Shown here: positions 58,201 through 64,000 of the stretch, piece after piece
Position numbering within the stretch: the first letter of the stretch is position 1
Layout of the letters: each line of letters starts with the position of its first letter
Virus record (IMG/VR): IMGVR_UViG_3300032085_000337
Coordinates: 9,003 to 73,002 of that record
Strand: one strand, 5' to 3'
Source of the DNA: a virus
Length of the DNA stretch: 64,000 nucleotides
Notes under the pieces: generated by a model
The model's database searches: none
What the model was told of the DNA's origin: nothing
What the model saw: only the letters and a program-made list of their open reading frames with translations
Translations under genes and position numbers: made by a program

Positions 58201-58303
58201 TGTTATTTCTTCTAGGGACAAGGATGGCTTCTCCTTCAGTGTCTACGATAGTGGAGGCAGTAGGATTGCTAGGGATATTGACTGGCAGGCTGTTGGCCAA
58301 TAA
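55208..58303 (+). CDS. Tail tip / central fibre protein (J-like, FN3 domains)
   Basis: LPVVYG, SNNPAYCLLDYL...YG, LEPNDII, FN3-like repeats. Confidence 0.88.
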   Translation: MIFNFIIQAIITVASMAYQRKQQKKQKEAMDKMKGVELTLEGQARSLPVVYGYQSVGGVRLDPRTANSFTYAAPDALGSSLQQGMGASLTGKKNEFLFQQTAFCHGPISGFVDVTVDDLNYNYDKFSHGQTLHLYPTGSVADPMATANGFANTRTFTNTAYISGAYRINRDEPQYNGTPSLLAFVKGRTIKTIVDGGGGSYSVSASESFSNNPAYCLLDYLTNNNYGASVALSEIDLESFYEVAKVCDVVVESGKQYTGKVHGGDSTGDVKRYYCDIVIDTEQAIRDNVELILNTMGDAQLVWNGTYYLRHPATENSGSLTYPVDATLTDEDIVRDTFNIAFATSNQRLNQVTVTFRNAFEDFETDSYTWPDVGSLEYVTYLSEDSNMPLVQQVTLDGVTMPYHAQEYAQELVKTSRDGVFYEFVVGRVGVKLEPNDIISVDYPDAGVNGDIVVVKEVQTLPNLGAKVVVEKFDSSLRAWSTKANAPVRVYPTYDFTVPPASSLLYTQGSDPSDKRSLGRLDWTEADYDNETYVVDYLEGALWVRLGETRQNHLLLYKVPEWSDGETVDFRVRTRSNLGDLSTAITTSGVVKVKPETPTALSVSEEIYNTNTASGIRTRASVSWTPGTNGVAVDHYRVEGYNSADGLPYINFGTTSESLLPIADISDGLWNFKVTAVSVNGEESAPLTDTYTVLGLNATPADPTGFSGAVDYGGIILTWNEPTDLDVLSGGYAEIRYSRSIDALPVWELSTSILGRVSGSTTSATVPVAQGYYLIKFFDSSGNESDNAATFRSAFVGPTFNFIDEFDEAPTFLGSKTNCSVVGSNLELNSGQTTFEYVFDNILDLGVITDIRVKPDYAAFVTDPTVLVSDYNPVSGVARFSGPYVDSSILFEARITDDDPNGTPTWSTWEPLVVGAYQTRGIQVKATGIVANTAHTMEISSLSLEADKDDLIQSGTSTSSVSSDVTVTFANSFYPGVGGLSKPSVNINVISGANSETVVISSRDKDGFSFSVYDSGGSRIARDIDWQAVGQ

Positions 58304-58363
58304 CTAAAAGCAAGTCCATTAGCTTGGGCTTGCTATTAACATTAATTACAAAGGACTATAACA

Positions 58364-59842
58364 ATGGCTACAACGACAAGGGTACTAAACGCCAATGTCA
58401 CTGGCACTGTTTACAACACAAACCTAAATAGCACACTAGAGGCCCTAGATACGTCTCACTCAGGGCCTACAGCCCCAACTGATGAGGTGGTTAACGGGAA
58501 GCTTTGGCTTGATACTTCAACAACACCCAGTGTGCTAAAGGTTTATGACAACGGTGGTTGGAACGAGATTTACACAGACCGTGGCAATTTGTCTATTGAT
58601 GGTAATGATGTAACCTCAACTGCCGCCGAACTTAATGTTCTTGATGGCATCAGTGGTATTGCCTCACAAGCTGAAGCTGAAGCTGGAGTAGTTACTGACA
58701 AGCTTATGACACCTCTGCGTGTTCTCCAGTCTATTGATGCTAACTCTCTGTCTCCCTTTACCTACAACGCAGTCTCAGGTGCTACCCAAGCGCTTGACGT
58801 AGGCACATACAACTTCTTCGAGGGCGGCACTCTCACGGCTGACACGACAGTGAGCTTTAGCAGTGTGCCAACGGAGGCACGATGGACCTATACTTACAGG
58901 GCTGGAGCAACAGCATCATATTCCATTAATACTTTGAGTGAGCTTGGTTTTTATGGGATAGCTGGCGATACTGGTGACAGTTTCCCCAAGGGTGTTGGGT
59001 TCAAAACTGACGGAACAAAAATGTATGTTGTTGGGGTCGGCACTGACTCAATATATCAATTCAGCCTGAGCACCGCTTGGGACGTTTCGACTGCATCATA
59101 TGACAGCGTTAGCTTGAGTGTATCCGCCCAAGACGGCAGCGGGTGGGGTCTTTTCTTCAAAAGTGATGGCTTAACATTTTTCATGTTGGGCAACAACAAT
59201 ACTCGGATGTATCAGTATTCAATGAGCACCGCTTGGGACTTGTCTACGGCAAGCTATGCCAGCAAGTCTTACTTACTAACTTCTGGTGTTGGAGCCAACA
59301 ACAACAGGGCGGGCTTTGTTCGTGCAGACGGATTGAGAATGTATGTCGCAGACAGAACCTCAAAAATTATGTATCAGCATAATTTGAGCACCGCTTGGGA
59401 CGTTTCGACTGCGGCTGCTCCAGCGGCTTCCTATGATCTTGACACTTCGGTTGCATTTGGCAGTGAAGTGCAAGGATTGGCATTCACTCCAGATGGGTTA
59501 CGTCTTTTTGCTTTGGACAGTGATGGTTACATCATGGAATACAGCTTAAGCACCGCTTGGGACTTGGGGACTATTTCTTTTGTTCAGAAGAGTTCCTATC
59601 TAGGAAGGTCTCAAGCATCCGACCTTGAATTTGCTGAAGGTGGCGACAGTATTTTTTATGTCACAGACTCAGGCAATGGCGTTGTTAAACTCAGTTCGGT
59701 TGAACTTCCAACGTTGACACTCCCTGCTTCCGTTCAGAACCCGCCGACAGAGACTGTTGTTCACAACAACCAACCCTCTTACACTTTCTTCACAGCCGAT
59801 GGTGGTACAACAGTGAAACTTATCAACGAGGAGGTTCTCTAA
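58364..59842 (+). CDS. Tail fibre / receptor-binding protein with beta-propeller repeats
   Basis: ASQAEAEAG...MTPLR; DG..M(F)Y...YQY.LSTAWD repeats. Confidence 0.8.
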   Translation: MATTTRVLNANVTGTVYNTNLNSTLEALDTSHSGPTAPTDEVVNGKLWLDTSTTPSVLKVYDNGGWNEIYTDRGNLSIDGNDVTSTAAELNVLDGISGIASQAEAEAGVVTDKLMTPLRVLQSIDANSLSPFTYNAVSGATQALDVGTYNFFEGGTLTADTTVSFSSVPTEARWTYTYRAGATASYSINTLSELGFYGIAGDTGDSFPKGVGFKTDGTKMYVVGVGTDSIYQFSLSTAWDVSTASYDSVSLSVSAQDGSGWGLFFKSDGLTFFMLGNNNTRMYQYSMSTAWDLSTASYASKSYLLTSGVGANNNRAGFVRADGLRMYVADRTSKIMYQHNLSTAWDVSTAAAPAASYDLDTSVAFGSEVQGLAFTPDGLRLFALDSDGYIMEYSLSTAWDLGTISFVQKSSYLGRSQASDLEFAEGGDSIFYVTDSGNGVVKLSSVELPTLTLPASVQNPPTETVVHNNQPSYTFFTADGGTTVKLINEEVL

Positions 59843-60261
59843 TGGAACTTATCAAAATCATCGACGGCCTTCCCGTGCCATACTCAGAAGCAGCCTTTCG
59901 TGCAGCCAATAAGCACACGGTCTACGGCCCTGTTGTTTCATCACGCCACCTTAACGCCCAAGGCGTCTACCGTGTGTCAAAGCTCCCTGAGCCTGAAGTA
60001 CCCGTAGGTCAGAAGGCCGTGCTCGACGCCATGCCCACGCAGAACGAGGCAGGTCACTGGGTGATTGGCTGGACGTTGGTAACCCTTGGTGCTGACGAAG
60101 CTCGTGCTCTACGTGACAGCCTTCTAGCTGCTACAGACTGGACACAAGTATCTGATGCTACAGTCGATCAAGCAGCATGGGCTACCTACCGTCAGGCTCT
60201 ACGTGATGTGCCTGAGCAAGCGGGCTTTCCTGATAATGTGACTTGGCCAGTTAAGCCCTAA
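59842..60261 (+). CDS. Tail fibre assembly protein
   Basis: R..RD.LL..TDWTQ..D...W..YRQALRD.P.Q.GFP..V.WP. Confidence 0.85.
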   Translation: MELIKIIDGLPVPYSEAAFRAANKHTVYGPVVSSRHLNAQGVYRVSKLPEPEVPVGQKAVLDAMPTQNEAGHWVIGWTLVTLGADEARALRDSLLAATDWTQVSDATVDQAAWATYRQALRDVPEQAGFPDNVTWPVKP

Positions 60262-60271
60262 ATGAATATTT

Positions 60272-60301
60272 GGTCACCCATTGACTTGGGTGGCCTTTTT
60301 T
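60272..60301 (+). terminator. Intrinsic terminator ending the tail operon
   Basis: GGTCACCCA-loop-TGGGTGGCC-TTTTTT. Confidence 0.85.
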
Positions 60302-60335
60302 CCTAAATAACAAAAACAAAAAGAAAGGAACCACC

Positions 60336-60647
60336 ATGAACTTAAAAGAATACTCATCTTTTGTAGAGGGCAAGATACTCACAACAGGTAGCGATAGGCT
60401 GGCTGAAAACACCCTTGGCCTAGTAGGTGAAGCTGGTGAGGTAGCTGAAAAGATCAAGAAGCGCTTCCGTGATGGTAAGCTAGACCGTGAAGCTGTACAA
60501 AAAGAGCTTGGGGATGTGTTTTTTTATTGGGTTGCATTACACAACCTACTTGGGCTATGCCCAGAGCACACCATTGAGAATAACGTAAACAAACTAACAG
60601 ACCGAGAAGCCCGTGGCGTCCTGCGTGGCTCTGGCGATAACCGATAA
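60336..60647 (+). CDS. mazG: MazG-like NTP pyrophosphohydrolase
   Basis: LGLVGEAGEVAEKIKK, KELGDV, GSGDNR. Confidence 0.92.
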   Translation: MNLKEYSSFVEGKILTTGSDRLAENTLGLVGEAGEVAEKIKKRFRDGKLDREAVQKELGDVFFYWVALHNLLGLCPEHTIENNVNKLTDREARGVLRGSGDNR

Positions 60648-60660
60648 GGAACTACAAAAC

Positions 60661-62430
60661 ATGAGTAACATCTTTCGATCACCCATTGCAGAACAAATGT
60701 GGGACATGAAGTATCGTCTTAAGGAGTATGATGGCACACCAGTAGACCTGACTGTGCACGACACTTGGGAGCGTATTGCTACTGCACTAGCAGCTAAGGA
60801 GAAGGACCAAGAGTTTTGGTCTAAGGAGTTCTATGAGGCTCTTGAGAGCTTTAAGTTCCTCCCCGCTGGTCGTATCAATGCTGGTGCTGGCACAGGTGAT
60901 CGCAACGTGACCTTGTTCAACTGCTTTGTTATGGGAACTATTGAGGACAGCTTGGGTGGCATTTATGATGGCCTAAAGGAAGCTGTACTGACTATGCAAC
61001 AAGGTGGTGGCATTGGTTATGACTTTAGTACACTACGACCGCAGGGCGCTGAGGTTAAGGGTGTAGCTGCTGATAGCTCAGGGCCTCTGACCTTTATGGA
61101 CGTATGGGATGCTTCATGCAAAACCATTATGTCAGCAGGTACACGCAGGGGCGCTATGATGGCTACTATGCGCTGTGATCACCCAGACGTTGAAAAGTTT
61201 ATTGAAGCTAAACGTGACCCACTACGTCTCCGCATGTTCAACATGAGTGTCCTTGTCACTGATGAGTTTATGTCAGCAGTAAAGAACAACGAGAAGTTTG
61301 ACCTGAAGTTTGATGGTAAAGTCTACAAGACTATCAACGCCAAAAGCCTCTGGGACAAGATCATGTCCTCTACTTATCATTATGCTGAACCCGGTGTCAT
61401 CTTTATTGACCGCATTAACGAGATGAACAACCTGAATTACTGTGAGACTATTGCTTGCACAAATCCCTGTGGAGAGCAGCCACTTCCCCCTTACGGTGCT
61501 TGTCTCCTTGGCTCTATCAATCTTGTAGCATTGCTTAAAGATGACTTCAGTGTAGACATGGGTCTTATGAAAGCCACAGTGCGAACAGCAGTCCGCATGA
61601 TGGATAATGTGGTTGATGTGTCTAAGTTCCCTCTACCAGAACAGCAAAAGGAAGCTGAGAACAAAAGACGTATCGGTTTGGGCGTCACAGGTCTTGCAGA
61701 TGCTATGGCCCTTGGTGGGGTAGTCTATGGCTCTGATGAGGGCGTAGCTTGGACTGATGAGGTTATGAAGCAAGTCTCTATTGCAGCCTATGAAGCCTCT
61801 GTTGATCTAGCTAAGGAAAAAGGTGCATTCCCCTTGCTTGATGTTGAGAAGTACCTAGCTTCAGGCAACATGGAGCAGATGCCAGACTACATCCGTGATG
61901 GCATTCGTAAGCACGGCATCCGTAATGCCCTCCTGACTTCTATTGCCCCTACTGGCACTATCAGCCTCTATGCTGGCAATGTGTCTTCTGGCATTGAACC
62001 TATCTTTGCCCTTAGCTATGAGCGTAAGGTTATGCAGAAGGATGGTTCTAAGATCACTGAGGTTGTAGAGGACTATGGGGTAACCAAGTGGAAGCGTGAG
62101 CGTCCCGGACAACCTTTGCCTAGTAGCTTTGTGACAGCCCAGACATTAACACCCAACGCACACATTAAGATGCAGGCTGCTGCCCAACGGTGGGTTGATA
62201 GTTCAATCTCTAAGACTGTGAACGTCCCTGAAGATATTAACTTTGATGACTTCAAACAGGTTTACCTAGACGCATACGAGAGTGGCTGTAAGGGCTGCAC
62301 TACCTATCGCCCTAATGATGTTACCGGGTCTGTGCTGACAGCTACAGAAGAGGGACAGGTGGAAGAAGCTGGAGCTTGTGAACTGAAGTTTGATGAAAAC
62401 ACAGGTCAGATCATCCGCTCTTGTGAGTAA
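60661..62430 (+). CDS. nrdJ: Class II (B12-dependent) ribonucleotide reductase
   Basis: TLFNCFV, GGGIG, RRGAMM, TNPCGEQPL, IAPTGTIS, KGCTTYR; no beta subunit nearby; start re-called. Confidence 0.92.
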   Translation: MSNIFRSPIAEQMWDMKYRLKEYDGTPVDLTVHDTWERIATALAAKEKDQEFWSKEFYEALESFKFLPAGRINAGAGTGDRNVTLFNCFVMGTIEDSLGGIYDGLKEAVLTMQQGGGIGYDFSTLRPQGAEVKGVAADSSGPLTFMDVWDASCKTIMSAGTRRGAMMATMRCDHPDVEKFIEAKRDPLRLRMFNMSVLVTDEFMSAVKNNEKFDLKFDGKVYKTINAKSLWDKIMSSTYHYAEPGVIFIDRINEMNNLNYCETIACTNPCGEQPLPPYGACLLGSINLVALLKDDFSVDMGLMKATVRTAVRMMDNVVDVSKFPLPEQQKEAENKRRIGLGVTGLADAMALGGVVYGSDEGVAWTDEVMKQVSIAAYEASVDLAKEKGAFPLLDVEKYLASGNMEQMPDYIRDGIRKHGIRNALLTSIAPTGTISLYAGNVSSGIEPIFALSYERKVMQKDGSKITEVVEDYGVTKWKRERPGQPLPSSFVTAQTLTPNAHIKMQAAAQRWVDSSISKTVNVPEDINFDDFKQVYLDAYESGCKGCTTYRPNDVTGSVLTATEEGQVEEAGACELKFDENTGQIIRSCE

Positions 62431-62436
62431 AACATT

Positions 62437-62462
62437 AGGCCCTGCTAGAGATAGTGGGGCCT
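62437..62462 (+). terminator. Hairpin after RNR
   Basis: AGGCCCTGCTA-GAGA-TAGTGGGGCCT then TAATTT. Confidence 0.6.
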
Positions 62463-62483
62463 TAATTTAATAAAGGAGACACG

Positions 62484-62687
62484 ATGCTAAAATATCTGGA
62501 AAGGGTTGGGATTGCCCTGAGCGTGTTGCTTAATGTCCTGCTGTGTGGTGAGAGTAATCAAACCTTTAGCGCTAGGAATTGGGGCTGGAGGAGAAATAAG
62601 CTGATTAATTTAGTTTTTCTTATTGACTTACTGTTCGGTAAAGATCATTGTGTGGTTAGTTGGACATATTGGAGAACAAGAAAATGA
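62484..62687 (+). CDS. Small membrane-associated protein (homologue of 28472-28684)
   Basis: GESNQTFSARN and DHC shared; AAGGAG RBS. Confidence 0.8.
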   Translation: MLKYLERVGIALSVLLNVLLCGESNQTFSARNWGWRRNKLINLVFLIDLLFGKDHCVVSWTYWRTRK

Positions 62688-63193
62688 ACACACATATTAA
62701 GAACGTAATCAAAGGGACTGCAATGGGTGCATTAGTATCAACAGCTTTGTTCCTGCCAATGGTAGCTAAAGCCGGGACCACAGTGCATGTAACACATGAT
62801 GGAACTAACTACGGCACTGGCAACAACAAGAACTTTGTGCCCCTACCAGCCCCCACAGGCTCTACAGGGGCCGCTGGAGCGCAAGGTCCACAAGGCGAGC
62901 AGGGTGTAGCAGGCAAAGACGGTAAAGATGGCCAGAGGGGCCTTACAGGGGCTGCTGGATCAAACGGCCTTGACGCTGTTGCACCTCTAGGCTCCCTCTC
63001 CTTTGCAGCGGCTACTGCCTCCTTCTCTGGGGACGGTATTGGCTTCGGTCTCTCAGACTCAAACTACGGTGGTCTTGAGGGTTCTATCGCCTTGGGTTTT
63101 GACCTAGAGTATAACTGGCGTGTAGTCGTCGGTGTTACAACAGACTTTAAGAAAAGACACGCTGCCTCAGCAGGTGTTGGCTACAGCTTCTAA
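62684..63193 (+). CDS. Collagen-repeat outer-membrane protein with YadA-like anchor
   Basis: Signal peptide ending AKA, 13 Gly-X-Y triplets, four amphipathic strands ending GVGYSF. Confidence 0.7.
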   Translation: MNTHIKNVIKGTAMGALVSTALFLPMVAKAGTTVHVTHDGTNYGTGNNKNFVPLPAPTGSTGAAGAQGPQGEQGVAGKDGKDGQRGLTGAAGSNGLDAVAPLGSLSFAAATASFSGDGIGFGLSDSNYGGLEGSIALGFDLEYNWRVVVGVTTDFKKRHAASAGVGYSF

Positions 63194-63206
63194 AGGGATA
63201 ACAACT

Positions 63207-63878
63207 ATGACACAGATTAAAGTAGAATACGTCAACCACATGGGCAGCGACCTAACAACTGTCAATGCAGCACGGGTTAGCTTTGGTAAGAAGAGCGAGT
63301 TAGAAGGGGGTGTAGGTGGTCCTAAAGGTCTATCAGATCGTGACACCAAGCTGATCAAGTACCTAGCTAAGCACAAGCACATCAGCCCATTCGGTCATGC
63401 CTTTGCATCCTTCCACGTTAAGGCCCCTATCTTTGTAGCACGGCAGCTGGTCAAGCATAAGTTCCTGCGTTTTAATGAAGTCAGCCGTCGATACGTTGAC
63501 GACAATATAGAGTTCTATGTGCCTGAAGTATGGCGTGGCCGTAGTGCTGACAAGAAGCAGGGTAGTGAGGGTGTTGTTGAACTAGAGGGCATAGACATCA
63601 GCATTGTCGATGATTACGCCGATGAGGCTTTAACAGCCTACAACGTCTTGCTTGAGGCAGGTGTAGCACCAGAGATGGCTAGAATGACACTACCACAATC
63701 GCTCATGACAGAATTTTACTGGTCAGGTAGCCTTGATGCCTTTGCTGACATGTGCCGCCTTCGTTGTAAGGAAGACACACAGTATGAGAGCCGTGTTGTA
63801 GCCGATCAGGTGTCTACTATCATGCAAGACCTGTATCCTGTATCATGGGCCAGCCTAATGAAAGGAGAAAAGCAATGA
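63207..63878 (+). CDS. thyX: Flavin-dependent thymidylate synthase, copy 2
   Basis: Same motifs as copy 1; start re-called to ATG 63207. Confidence 0.95.
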   Translation: MTQIKVEYVNHMGSDLTTVNAARVSFGKKSELEGGVGGPKGLSDRDTKLIKYLAKHKHISPFGHAFASFHVKAPIFVARQLVKHKFLRFNEVSRRYVDDNIEFYVPEVWRGRSADKKQGSEGVVELEGIDISIVDDYADEALTAYNVLLEAGVAPEMARMTLPQSLMTEFYWSGSLDAFADMCRLRCKEDTQYESRVVADQVSTIMQDLYPVSWASLMKGEKQ

Positions 63879-64000
63879 CTAATCGTAAATTTACACCACC
63901 AACAGAGTTTCCCGCAGAGTATGTCGATGGGTTTGGGTGTAAGGTCACTATCTTGGGGCGTTCTTATTACAACAAAGAGAGACCTCTGGTAGGTTTTGAT
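63875..64000 (+). CDS. Hypothetical protein (3' truncated), same protein sequence as 29596 onward
   Basis: MTNRKFTPPTEFPAEYVDG...; two synonymous differences. Confidence 0.85.
   Translation, partial: MTNRKFTPPTEFPAEYVDGFGCKVTILGRSYYNKERPLVGFD

Larger units (their letters stand above)
29632..63910 (+). mobile_element. Phage segment B: apparently complete 34.3 kb siphovirus with T7-like RNAP/replisome and HK97/lambda-like virion
   Basis: Full set of transcription, replication, packaging, head, tail and lysis genes on one strand, bounded by a direct repeat at offset 34,279 bp. No integrase or repressor seen. Confidence 0.85.

Noticed and set aside
59067-59563. CRISPR array or DGR repeat
   Set aside because: Repeats are 15 bp, in frame within a CDS, spaced ~160 bp; no cas or reverse transcriptase gene and no adenine-specific variant pair.
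29632-63910. Segment B as an integrated prophage or satellite
   Set aside because: No integrase, repressor or short att core. It encodes its own full virion and replisome, and the flanking repeat is a protein-coding gene.
1-64000. tRNA, rRNA or host chromosomal genes
   Set aside because: None recognised by eye; tRNAscan-SE was not run.

Overview
All 64 kb is bacteriophage DNA, and it reads as two different lytic phage genomes joined end to end. Segment A (1 to ~29.7 kb) has the layout of a marine cobavirus-type podovirus (SIO1/P12053L/ICBM1-like). It carries the end of the + strand replication arm (class II RNR C-terminus, glutaredoxin, PhoH), a bidirectional terminator, and a complete - strand morphogenesis/lysis arm driven by near-perfect sigma70 promoters. 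An internal non-coding terminus region follows, then the early genes and thyX. Segment B (~29.6 to 63.9 kb, unit length 34,279 bp) looks like a complete, circularly permuted siphovirus with all genes on +. It combines a T7-like single-subunit RNA polymerase and T7-like replisome with an HK97-type head, a lambda-like tail with a GGGAAAG frameshift, MazG, a second class II RNR, a collagen/YadA-anchor membrane protein and a second thyX. B is bounded by a direct repeat in the gene after thyX (146 bp with 2 mismatches up to the window edge) and has no integrase. The join is therefore either a homology-mediated cointegrate or, more likely, an assembly path through a recently shared gene. The best candidate for an undescribed system is the 4-gene cassette behind the segment A tail fibre (21251-23805). 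It encodes a QueC-like PP-loop enzyme, a GNAT, a KpsS-like glycosyltransferase and a Thr-ladder fibre-tip protein, and may be a virion protein tailoring/glycosylation pathway. All calls come from motif recognition by eye; no searches were run.
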